Below are positions 10,768 through 21,867 of a DNA stretch of 64,000 nucleotides, piece by piece. Position numbers and translations under genes: made by a program. The notes beneath the pieces were generated by a model. It was not told the origin of the DNA, did no database searches, and saw only the letters and a list, made by a program, of their open reading frames with translations. The first letter of the stretch is position 1, and each line of letters starts with the position of its first letter. The stretch is from positions 29,636,001 to 29,700,000 of the forward strand of contig NC_043020.1 of NCBI RefSeq assembly GCF_006345805.1. The letters run 5' to 3'. Source of the DNA: Octopus sinensis (taxonomy: Eukaryota).

Positions 10768-11238
10768 CTTTTACTTGTTTCGGTCATTGAACAAACTGGT
10801 ACTTATTTTTTAAAGTCTGATACATATTCTGTCAGTCTCTTTTGCTGAACTGCTTAATTATGGGGACATAAACAAACTAACACCGGTTAGTATAAGGCGG
10901 TGAGCTGGCAGAAACGTTAGCACGCCAGGCGAAATGCCTAGCGGTATTTCGTCTGCCATTAGGTTCTGGGATCAAATTCCACCAAGGTCGACTTTGCCTT
11001 GCATCCTTTCGAGGTCAACAAATTAAGTACCAGTTGAGTAATTGGGTCGATGTAATCCACTTAATCCCTTTGTCTATCCTTGTTTGTCCACTCTATGTTT
11101 AGCCCCTTGTGGGTAGTAAAGAAATAATAAACTAACACCAGTTGTCCACACATGCTGGACTTCCACATATAGTTTGACTCACGAGGCATTGGTAGCCCAG
11201 GGCTATAGTAGAAGACAATTGCCCAAGGTGCCATGCAT
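10768..11238 (-). mobile_element. SINE family A, interrupted by a B1 insertion
   Basis: A 3' part at 10768-10888; A 5' part resumes at about 11129. Confidence 0.75.
10896..11125 (+). mobile_element. SINE family B (B1 tail)
   Basis: tRNA-like head ggcggtgagctggcagaaacgttag, B-box-like ggatcaaattcc, core ttgccttgcatcctttcgaggtc, tail gtttagccccttgtgggtagtaaagaaat; flanked by a 15-bp duplication. Confidence 0.85.
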
Positions 11239-11846
11239 TGGGCTGTGACTGCTGAGGACATGTGAAGGCTTGAAAGAAATGAAGCTAGCATAGTTCACTG
11301 GATGTGCAATGTCAGTGTTTCATACACGACAGAGTGTGAATGATTTAAGAGTAAAACTGGGTATAAGAGGCTTCGGATGTTGTGTAGAAGAGAGGAGGAG
11401 ACTGCACTGGTTTGGGCATGGGATGTGTATGGATGAGGACAGCCGCATAAAGAAGTGCTGATCTCTAATTGTGGAGGGGACCCATGGAAGAGTTGGGCCC
11501 AGAAAGATGTGGGATGAGGTGGTGAAATCTAATCTTCAGGAGTTGAGTCTCATGGAGGTGATGGCAAGTGACTGAGACCTTTGGCAATTTGCTGAGTTTG
11601 AGAAGACATGTTGAACTAAGTGAAATTGTAGTTGTGGTCAGTGTTGGTGACACATAAAAGGCACTTGTGCCACTGATATGTAAAAGACACCCAGTACACT
11701 CTGAAGTGGTTGACATTGGGAAGGACGTCCATCTGTAAAACCAAGCCAAAAACAGACTGGAGCCAGTGCAGTTCTCCAATTTGCCAGTTCCAGTGGAACC
11801 ATTTAATCCATGCCAACATGGAAGGCAAATGCTAAATGATGATGAT
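11239..11846 (+). mobile_element. RTE-clade LINE 3' fragment (end of ORF plus 3' UTR, (GAT)n tail)
   Basis: Translates as AEDM*RLERNEASIVHWMCNVS...RRRLHWFGHGMCMDEDSRIKKC*SLIVEGTHGRVGPRKMWDEVVK, the RTE C-terminal WxGH / GRP..W motif; its UTR is the family C tail. Confidence 0.85.
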
Positions 11847-12054
11847 GTGTGTGTGTGTGTATTGAGAAAAAAATATCACCAGAATATTGTGAAAAAGTAT
11901 TTTTATTCATTATTAATAGTTTGAGAAACCACCAAATTTTATTTGATAAGTCCCAGAAACGAACAAAAGCACTAATAATAATGAATAGATAAAATGTTTT
12001 TTTTCCAAAATTCTGGCAAACTTTTTTCTCAGTATTCAATATTTGTACACCACA

Positions 12055-12185
<131 letters not shown>

Positions 12186-12204
12186 GACAGGCTTTTTCCT
12201 CACA

Positions 12205-12525
12205 AAGCCAACCAAAGTCATATGAGTGGATTTGATAAACAGAAACTGAAAGAAGCCTGTTGTGTAAATATATATATACACAGTGTGTGTGGGTGTGTGT
12301 ATGTCTACATATACATACACAGTGTATGTATGTGTTTTTTCCCCCACCAGCACTTGGGTATATGTCCTCCTAACTTAGCAATTCAGCAAAAGAGACTGAT
12401 AGAATAAGTACCAGACATTATAAATAAATAAATAAATAAATATATACTGGGGTTGATGCATTCAAGTAAAGTTCTTCGAACCAGTGCCCCAGCATGGCCA
12501 CTGCCAAAATGACTGAAGCAATAAA
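12205..12525 (+). mobile_element. SINE family A, 5'-truncated
   Basis: gagtggatttgataaacagaaactgaaagaagcc...cagcatggccactgccaaaatgactgaagc. Confidence 0.75.
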
Positions 12526-13744
12526 AAAAATATACACACATGCATATATATATATGCATTTATACATACATATACATATATGTATAAGTATACGGTGGAC
12601 CCCTTTCAGTCTCCCTCTACCAGATCCACCCGCAAGGCTTGGCCACCCTACCCTGCCTGTTTCTCGAGTTTATACATGTATGTATATGACTTACATGTAT
12701 GTTTTCCTACACGTGTATATAAACAAACAGACCTAATCGGAATATGGTTTTCACTTGTTTCATAAATACCAAATGTGTATATTTTTCTTATCCCTGTTCT
12801 CAACCAGTTCTTGTGTTATTTTAATTATCAAATCCCCAAATCCCTTCTTGTTCAATATTATTAAATTTCTCGCACTTCATTCGGTGAAGGGTTCCATTCT
12901 GTCAAAATTATTAAATGAAAGTCTTAAACGCTTTCAATGTTTTGAGACAGTAATACTACAGAACAGTACATTTGCCCCCATTTTAAAAAATTTTTTTATT
13001 TTTTCTTATTTTCCTTTTTTTCATTGGTGGATCTTGTTCCGTTGCAGTTGACTGTGATTAGGAAATGTTAAACATATTCAGGAAATTGTAGTTGTTGTTG
13101 TTCTCCATATTCTTCTCTTCCCCTCTGCTGTGAGTAGCTTCACGTCGCAATATGGAAGAACATCTTAAAAATAGAATTCTTGCATAGGAAGCTTATATAT
13201 ATTGTATCAAATGTCAGAAATCTTAAGTTTGAAATCCTTTCATGTATGCAGTTTATTAAATAGAAGGGAATCTATGTCAAACTGCAGACCACTGGTTTGC
13301 AGAAAAAAAAAGGGGGGGGGAAAGGCCCCCATATCATATTACATAAAACATAAGTTTGTGCTAAAATTTTAATTCTTAGTTTTTGTATTTAACTCCGGAA
13401 ATATAGGATCAAGTTTTTGCTTTCTGCTGATGCAATATCTTGTTTAACTAATGGCTGGTTTGTTTTTGATTTTGTTTTGATTTTTTTTTTGAATTTTCTT
13501 AATTTTTCTCTCTCTCTCTCTCTCTCTTCTGCATATTTTTCTCTCACATTTTTATCTCCTGCTTTCTGAGCAGATAAGATGCTTCATCCATCGGTGCTGG
13601 GTTTCAGAACCAGTTTCACCCATCATGCTATATATATATGAAGAAAATACTTTGTATAATTCTGGCACTATCAATCAAGATGAAATAGCAATTAAGAGAA
13701 GGGACCATCGGGAGTTAGCTACGAAATTTCTGGGACCAAATCTG

Positions 13745-13935
13745 TCATCATCATCATCATCATCATTTTCTACTCGTGTTCCATGATTGCATGGGTTGGG
13801 CAGTTTGACAGAATCCGATGGGTCCAAGGACTGCGTTGTGCTCCAGTGTCTGCTTTGGCATTGTTTCTATGGCTGGGTGCCCTCCCTAATACCAATCACT
13901 TTACAGCATGGACCGGATGGTTTTTTAGATGCCAT
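13745..13935 (-). mobile_element. Family C copy
   Basis: (CAT)n then ttccatgattgcatgggttggg...gggtgccctccctaatacc. Confidence 0.7.
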
Positions 13936-14189
13936 CAGCACTGTTGAGATCACCATGCAGCTTGTGGAACTACAAAAACCCCAAGGAAGTTTTGGTTGAT
14001 TGTATGCTATGGAATGAGGGGTTAGAGTATGAGAGAAGGGGACAGGCGAAGCAGTTTCTTGCAAAAATAGTTACATGGTTACTCACATTTAGGAGGGGAG
14101 AGAAAATCATCAACATGTGCTGCAAAGAGATAGGAGATGAGGTGTCCAGGTGACCCCACATGGCATGAGTTAAGTAGAAGTGGGTAGGC

Positions 14190-14530
14190 ACGTAAAATGT
14201 ATCATCTGAATGTGGCCAGTGCCAGTGCTCACTGACTGGCTCCCCGTGCCAGTAGCACATAAAAAGCACAATTTGAACATGGCCAATGCCAGTCCCCCCT
14301 GACTGACTCCCATGCCGGTGGCACGTAAAAAGCATTATCCGATCATGAACGATGCCAGGCCCGTGTGACTAGCTCCTGTGCCAGTGGCACATGAAAAGCA
14401 TCCACTACACTCTAAGAGTGGTTGGCGTTAGGAAGGGTATCCAGCTGTAGAAACATTGCCAGATCAGATTGGATCCTGGTGCAGCCATCTGGTTCTCCAA
14501 GATCTCAGTGAAACCGTCCAACCCATGCCA
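14190..14530 (+). mobile_element. Family C / RTE 3' UTR with internal tandem subrepeats
   Basis: Repeated gccagtg...actggctcc.gtgccagtggcacgtaaaaagca units, then ggcgttaggaagggtatccagctgtagaaa. Confidence 0.8.
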
Positions 14531-14685
14531 GCATGGGTTTGGCAGTTTGACATGGAACTGGCCAACTAAAGAGCAGTCAATACTCCATGGATTTTACAGC
14601 TGGATGCCCATCCCAGTGCCAACCACTTTACAAAGTGTGCTGGCTGCTTTTTACGTGCCACTGGCACGGGTGCATTTACACAGCA
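14531..14685 (-). mobile_element. Family C copy fused tail-to-tail with the preceding copy
   Basis: gcatgggtttggcagtttgac...ttttacagctggatgccc...ttttacgtgccactggcac. Confidence 0.75.
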
Positions 14686-15179
14686 GTGCCACAAACACGT
14701 CTTGCTTACAATTGTCTTTCTATATTTCAGCTTCAAGATAAACTTCGTTTTCTTTTTTTCTTTTTTTTGTGTCTTTTTAAACCCTTAAAGTATTACAAAC
14801 AACTGAAGAATATTTGTAGAAAAAAAAGACAAATGGTATTTCAGGAATGTCACGCAACGAAATTCAAAAACCTTCAGTAACATGACAATGCCGATAGCAA
14901 GAAACCCTATATTTTCTGGGATACAAGTTAATGCAGTGTTTAATGTAAACATGTAGTGTAAACATTCAAACTTCCTCACTTTCTTTCCAAATCCTATTGC
15001 ATTTCACGTGGAATTTCGGTCCTCAAAACAACCTACGCTTTTTAGCAGTAAATTTTAACCTCAAAAATTTTACTTGTATTCTGGAAAATACAGAAAAATG
15101 ATGAAATATTTTTGTTTTTATTTTCCCCTGTGAAATATTTCAAACTAACAATTTGTCCTCCATATTATTCTTTGTTTAT

Positions 15180-15355
15180 TTTTTACTTGCTTCTGTCGTA
15201 GAATTGCAGCCATGCTGGAGCACCTCTTTGAAGGGTTTTGTCAAACAGATCGACCCCCAGTACTTATTTTTAAGTTTGATACTTATTGTATCAGTCTCTT
15301 TTGCCAAACTGCTAAGTTACAGGAATGGAAACAAACCAACACTGATTATCAGATA
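15180..15355 (-). mobile_element. SINE family A, 3' half
   Basis: gcagccatgctggagcacc...cagtctcttttgccaaactgctaagttac. Confidence 0.75.
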
Positions 15356-15510
15356 TGTATGTGTGTGTGTGTATAGTTGAGGTGTATTCTGTTAAGAACA
15401 TATTAGAGTACAAAATACAGCTCGTTCACGCCCAGAATTACCAGATACACAGCAGTATTATGGTATAGTACCAATTCTAGGCTTAGGCATTCCTCGTGTG
15501 TGAAAAATTA

Positions 15511-15937
15511 AAAGGAAAGAATAAATAGTCAAAAGTAAGAGTAAGATTCAACAGCTGTTTTGATGCAACATACATCCACATATATACAGAATTTAAATTT
15601 AAATTAAGTAACGGTTTACCTGTATAACAGGACCTAGTTTTATATCTCCTCAGGTGGTATACAATCACTGTCTCTGTAAGTGTTTGATTTCAATGCTATC
15701 ATATCCATCTGGCTCAGGTGGATGTGATAACATTGAAATCAAACACTTACGGAGACAGCGATTTTATACCACCTGGAGAGACACAACTAGGCCCTATTAT
15801 ACAGGTAAACCATTACTTAATTTAAATTTAAATTCTGTATATATGTAGATCTATGTTGTATCAAAACATGTGTAGTGCTCATTAAAAAGCTGTCGAATCT
15901 TACTCACTCTTACTTTTGACTATTTATTCTTTCCTTT
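15511..15937. repeat. Long near-perfect inverted repeat (fold-back)
   Basis: Arms 15511-15707 and 15719-15937 are reverse complements apart from scattered substitutions and one 20-nt insertion; 11-nt spacer. Confidence 0.95.
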
Positions 15938-16011
15938 ATATATATATGTGTGTATGTATGTATGTATATATATATATATATATATAATAGAGAGAGAAGG
16001 GTATGGATAGG

Positions 16012-16200
16012 CCCCAGCATGGCTGTGGTAAGAAGTGTGCTTTTCAAACACATGATTTCAGGTTTGGTTCCGTTGTATGGCATTTTGGGTAAGTGTCCTC
16101 AACTAAAGCGCCAGATTAACCAAAACCTTATGTGCAGATTTTGTAGGTGGAAACACAAAGAAGCCTATTGTGTGTGTGTGTGTGTGTTATTGTCTCCTTG
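16012..16200 (+). mobile_element. SINE family A, 5' half
   Basis: ggctgtggtaagaag...ttgggtaagtgtcc...ggaaacacaaagaagcc. Confidence 0.7.
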
Positions 16201-16730
16201 CATTTAAATCATGTGATAGTTGTAAATGAATCTCACCATTCTGGAATCAGGGCTCTTCATTTCCAGTCTTCCATGTCTGGCAATGGGGATTTATTATCTT
16301 TTGAAATGGGTGAGGGTTGGCAACAGGAAGGGCATCCAGCTGTAAAAAAAAATCCACTTCAACACATTCTGTTCAACACAGGCAAGGACAGACAAGAGTA
16401 GATTAGAGCAATGATTGGTGTATATAATTATGATTTTACGTGTGTTTTCCTTGCTGGCATGGGTCGTTATGGTTCAATTCAATCTGTACTGAACCATGGT
16501 AACCTATCCAACCCATGCAACCATGGAAAGCAGACATAGAAGTGGAATAATTACTTGATTAGTTGCCTAAACATTTGGCTACAACTCTAGTTTCACACTC
16601 AATGATCCATGTGAAACTCTGTGATCCATGTGAAACTGAGACTTGAACAGATGCTGCAGCACTAAACTAAACATGATTCTCCTCTTTTATTTCAAAACCA
16701 ACTTTTGTGTGTGTGTGTGTGTGTGTTGTG

Positions 16731-16949
16731 TGAAGGGTGCTGAAAAGTTCCTGGCTTTGGGTAAAAGAAAATACACACGGGAGGATATGTTAATTATGAT
16801 TTTATTTAGTATATCCCCCTCTCAGATTAACACACTTATTGCAGTGGTCCTTCGGTTTTTCTAAGACCTGTAAAAGAACTTGGAAGATTGGCCAGCAACC
16901 AGGCCTTTTGTAATACCCTTAAAGCCAGAAACTTTTCGGTACCCCTTCG
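16731..16949. mobile_element. Mariner-derived MITE
   Basis: TIRs gaagggtgctgaaaagttcctggcttt / aaagccagaaacttttcggtaccccttcg followed by TA; same family at 40086 and 42944. Confidence 0.8.
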
Positions 16950-17204
16950 TATCTATCATAAAAATAAATGGATGGATTACATGATATGGCTACAATGTTT
17001 CATTGAGAGATTTTATTGTGACATAACATCATACATATTGTACGAACAGTTTTGTAAGACGTGTACCATCCATTAAACTGTGCCAGACACTAATCTCCTG
17101 GTTCATAGGACCAACTTTATGCAGGTCAATAAATGTGTGCCTCACTTCACTTTGGTATGCCTTCATCTTTAAATTGATCTCTTTTAATCTATTCTATATA
17201 ACTA

Positions 17205-17370
17205 CACACGTGCTGTTAGTATTTTCTTTTCCCTCTTTGAATTTGTCCCTTTCTCCTTTCTGACAAAGAGCTAGGCTTGAAACCTCAAACTCTTTTTATC
17301 AAGTGTCAAGCTAATATATATATTTCTTGTACATGTCCTCTTGTTGTCTGTTATTTCTTTTATTATTCAT
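17205..17370 (+). mobile_element. Decayed copy of the hammerhead-bearing element
   Basis: tttCTGACAAAGAGCtagGCTTGAAACCTCaaac at 17257-17290, with pyrimidine-rich flanks like the 45000 copy. Confidence 0.55.
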
Positions 17371-17384
17371 TTATCTGAATTGAC

Positions 17385-17719
17385 TATATACATTCATACA
17401 TACACACACACATACATACACACACACATACATACACACACACATACATACACACACACATACATACACACACACATACATACATACACACATACATACA
17501 TACACACATACATACATACACACATACATACATACATACACACACGCATACACACATACACATACGCATACATACAAACACACAAACATACATACATACA
17601 TACACACATACACACACGCATACATGCATACATACATACGTACGTACGTACATATAAATTAGAAGAATTATATGTTAAAGGAAAAATTACAATATTATTA
17701 TTATAATAATATTCCCTAA

Positions 17720-17751
<32 letters not shown>

Positions 17752-17778
17752 CACATACACACACACGTCTGTGTGTAC

Positions 17779-17810
<32 letters not shown>

Positions 17811-17815
17811 ATTTT
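17385..17815. repeat. Compound (CATA)/(CA)/(TA)/(TG) microsatellite
   Basis: Direct reading. Confidence 0.95.
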
Positions 17816-18924
17816 ATATACTTGCATGTATGTATGCATTATGTATATAATTTTTATCTCATTTCAGTCATTAAACTGTTGACATGCCAAGGCTAACTTT
17901 ATATATGTATGCTAGCATGGAAAACAGCCGCTAAACGATGATGATGATGATGATGATATATATATATATATTAGCATTTTCTTGTCATCTTTTTCACTCC
18001 ATGTTTGCATGGGATGGGCAAACCTTAAAGTGACTTGTCTGTTAATTGTGGACCTTTTTTGTTATTTAAGAGCAAAAATATTGAATTTAACTTTAAGGAA
18101 ATTCTTGGTAAATCTCCCGTAACCTTTGTAATCGTCTCCCATTTCAGTTTGTATTCCACACCCTACCATCTTCCCACTTTTAATATGGACGCATCACACA
18201 TTCTATTGATTTCCCAGCTGAAGAATCCAGTTTGCTCTTTGGTATTAAAAAAAAACAGAAAGAAGTAAATCTCCGTAGCTGCTTGGAAACAAGAATTGTG
18301 AATATGTCAATGGTTAATGAAATAAATGTGTGTGTGTGTGTGTTGAGGAAGTCGGTATAGTGACAGAAGCTGACCTAGAACTAATGGCTAACGCACAAGG
18401 ACAACAGCAGGAAGTCTGACCTTTCAAACTGATGTGGAGTTGACTTTAACAGAGCTCTAATAACACTTCTATTAAGGTATCTGACAAGATAGGGAGGAGG
18501 GGTGATTACAATATGCAACCAATTACACTTGAGCCAATGAGGATGGCTCTACATGGTCATGTGACCTGTTAGAAATAGCTGCCAAATCTCCCTCAAATTA
18601 CACCCGGCTTTCTTGAAAATAAAACCTAGATGTGTGTGTGTGTGTGTGTGCGCATGTGTATAACAGAAAATTGCTGCAAAGCAAGCACACAGCAGGAGAG
18701 ATCTTCAGAGGAAGAACTCCCGTCCGACAAGTGTTTTGTCCCTTATACCTGACACAGTCGCCCACTGACACATCGAAGGGGCCAAGGAACAGAAGAAAGA
18801 AGACATGCACCCAACACCAGAGCTGAAGACACCACCGAAAGGGGGGGAGGCACGTCAGAATGGTAGAGGAGTAGGGGCCGAAACCGGATGTGGTTTCTCC
18901 TGATGATGTCTTGAGCTAACTGGA

Positions 18925-19090
18925 TCCTTGTCCGTCACAAAGTTACTCATTCACGGCTGAGTGAACTGGAGCAATGTGAAATGAAGTGTTTTGCACTGTG
19001 CATCAAAATGCACCACCTAGTGCAGGGATTGAACCCACAATCTTACGATCATGAACACAACACCCTAACCACTCGTCCGCATGCCTTCAC
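18925..19090 (-). mobile_element. SINE family D
   Basis: Minus strand gaaggcatg...gagtggttagggtgttg...gatcgtaagattgtgggttcaatccc (tRNA-like A/B boxes), then cacttcatttcacattgctccagttcactcagc. Confidence 0.75.
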
Positions 19091-19221
19091 AGTCATGATA
19101 ATTGCTTTAATCTTTTCACATTCACATTAATCAAATGTCATGCTTATTCATTCGCATTATTTTCAATTAATCCTGCATTATCTCACAGCTTTGAGATTTT
19201 GATGATGATCTTTTTTTTTAT

Positions 19222-19612
19222 TCTTTTATTCTTTTACTTGTTTCAGTCATTTGACAGCGGCCATGCTGGAGCACCGCCTTTAGTCAAACAAATCGACCCC
19301 AGGACTTATTCTTTGTTAGCTTAGTACTTATTCTATCAGTCTCTTTTGCTGAACCGCTAAGTTACAGGGATGTAAACACACCAGCATCAGTTGTCAAGCG
19401 ATGTTGGGGGGACAAACACACACACACACACACACATATATGCATACATACAATGGGCTTCTTTTCAGTTTCCGTCTACCAAATCCACTCACAAGGCTTT
19501 GGTTGGCCCAAGGCTGTAGTAGAAGACACTTGCCCAAGGTGCCACGCAGTGGGACTGAACCCAGAACCATGTGGTTGGAAAGCAAGCTACTTACCACACA
19601 GCCACTCTTGGT
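19222..19612 (-). mobile_element. SINE family A, full length, low divergence
   Basis: Complete reverse complement of the A consensus. Confidence 0.9.
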
Positions 19613-20361
19613 TGTTTATTTTTAGAGTGACAGGGAAGAAATAGGTTTGACCATAAAACAGGCAGAAGAATATTTGGGCTGAAGGACTTAACCAATTTAA
19701 AAGCGGAAGAGTTAATAAAATTCCATCAGATGTCGCCCATGCATTTTAAGTAATTGCTATTTAAACCTCAAATGGTCCGTATCGTATCGTATGGTTTTCT
19801 TGCAACTAAAATATTTGCATGCTACCAATAACTTTGACAGGAAGATGTATTTAGTGATGACATCTGTCACCAAAGTGGGTTCCCCCTGATTTCATTCTGA
19901 ACAGCAAATATTTACTTTGCTCTTTCGGTAATCTCCGTTTGATCTACCAACTTTGGGCTTTTATTATAGGTTCCTCTACTACGTACAAACACAGCAGACC
20001 TACCACTTCTACCGCTACATCATCGAAATCTTATTATTTCTTACCGTTTCCTATCTTTTGCTCCCTTGAGAAAACACACTTCCTCCTTTTTTTTTATTTT
20101 TTCTTTTGCCTAACTCGAGATTGCATCTCGCATTAAAACTGCTATTTTAGTTCTTCGTCTTTGTGTAAATAGAACCATTTTATCTGTTTATCACATTTTC
20201 ATCAACAGCTGCAGACATGGTTTTTAGATTTGCCTTTATAATTTCCTTTTATTCTTGAGTTACCGTTTCTGTTCGGTTCTTGGAGAGAAGTGTAACAGTT
20301 TCAGAATCACTAACGGCAAAAAGACCACCATCAGATGCGTTCTAGATGTTATCTTGAGCCA

Positions 20362-20575
20362 TTGTGAGAGGAGCAGCTATGTGGTCAGTTGATCTGCAAG
20401 AAATAGCAGCCAAATCTCCTTCAAATCACAAACTATAAAAAAGAGGAAAAACACACAGGATAAAGTGGTTTCACACCCCGGGAGAAAATATCTGGAATGG
20501 TCATGGTTGGAATGATTTTGATCATAAGTCTGCTTCAGTCAGAGCTGATTGAGGCTAAACAACAGCCCATGATAT
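20362..20575 (-). mobile_element. Interspersed repeat family E
   Basis: Minus strand gttgtttagcc...agcagacttatgatcaaa.cattcca.ccatgacc...gtgatttgaaggagatttggctgctatttc; other copies near 1480, 18530, 23385, 25380, 32378, 34925, 36220, 56985 and 58062. Confidence 0.7.
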
Positions 20576-20592
20576 CACGCATACAGCAAAAA

Positions 20593-20822
20593 GGCGGCGA
20601 GCTGGCAGAATCATTAGCACACCGGGTGAAATGCTTAGCGGTATTTTGTCTGCCGTTACGTTCTGAGTTCAAATTCCACCGAGGTTGACTTTGCCTTTCA
20701 TCCTTTCTGGGTCGATAAATTAAGTACCAGTTATGCACTGGGGTCAATGTAATTGACTTAATCCGTTTGTCTGTCCTTGTTTGTCCCCTCTATGTTTAGC
20801 CCCTTGTGGGTAGTAAAGAAAT
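20593..20822 (+). mobile_element. SINE family B (B1 tail)
   Basis: Near-identical to the 52592-52820 copy. Confidence 0.9.
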
Positions 20823-21159
20823 ACATAATAAGAAGTATTATGTATACAGCAAAAGGTGTATGCACAATATTGTGTGTGTGATCAGCATCATCATCGCCTA
20901 CTCTCCCATGCTGGAATGGATTTAATGTTGGTGCATGTTTTTGTGGCACCATCGTTATAGAGGTTTCCTTAGCCTGTGGAGTAAGACGAAAGAGTCCTTG
21001 TGTTGTCACTGCTCAATTTGCCAATTACCTCACTTGGAAACCGGTAAGAGCTGGTGACAGGAAGGGCACCCAGCTGTAGACAATCTATCTCAACAAATTC
21101 CATGTGACCCAAGCAAGCATGAAAAAGTGGATATTAAAAACAAACAAGGACAGATTATT

Positions 21160-21316
21160 GCAACCCCAGTGCGTAACTGGTACTTATTTAATCGACCCCG
21201 AAAGGATGAAAGGCAAAGTTGACCTCAGCGGAATTTGAACTCGGAACGTAGCGGCAGACGAAATACCACTAAGCATTTTGCCCAGTGTGCTAACGTTTCT
21301 GCCAGCTCGCCACCTT
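21160..21316 (-). mobile_element. SINE family B head plus core
   Basis: gaccccgaaaggatgaaaggcaaagttgacctcagcggaatttgaactcgg...gccagctcgcc. Confidence 0.85.
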
Positions 21317-21317
21317 C

Positions 21318-21475
21318 TTTCAGTTTCTGTCTTACCAAATTCACTCAAAAATCTTTGGTCAACCTTGAGGCTGCCATAGAAGACTCTTGTCCATGGTGCT
21401 GTGCAGTGGAACTGAAACTGGAACCATGCAATTGCAAAACAAGCTTCGAACCACACACACACCTATGCCTGAGCT
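21318..21475 (-). mobile_element. SINE family A, 5' half
   Basis: ctttcagtttctgtcttaccaaattcactca...gtggaactgaaactggaaccatg. Confidence 0.7.
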
Positions 21476-21483
21476 TTTACGCA

Positions 21484-21514
<31 letters not shown>

Positions 21515-21867
21515 CACAACACACACACACACACCCATCTACCACCCATCTATAAAAGCAGGCGTGAGCTTTTCCTTCTATCCTTAACCACATCTCTTCG
21601 TTATCTTGATGTCTATCAACACAAACATGTTTCAAATGAAATTAACTGTAATGACACAGATTCGTTTTGTTATTGTAAGGAGAAAAGAGACCTGATTGCC
21701 AGTGGCGCCGAAGAATGCAGGATTGTCACGCATCAGACTGGATTGATAAAGATGTCTGGCTTTCGTGAAGTCTTCTTAATATGTAACTCTTTTGGTATCA
21801 ACCTAGCTGGAACCAACCCCAGCTCTGTGAAGCAAAACTGTCTACTTTGGAGCATTCATAGTTAAAC

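Noticed and set aside
9456-10848. Three long His/Thr-rich ORFs (386-444 aa)
   Set aside because: They are translations of the (CA)n minisatellite in all three frames; there is no real coding signature.
13048-13135. Possible 82-nt exon (gttgcag|...gct|gtgagt); other isolated donors at 25186 (+), 51179 (-) and 55120 (-)
   Set aside because: Stops in the frames and no consistent gene model; such sites are expected by chance in 64 kb.
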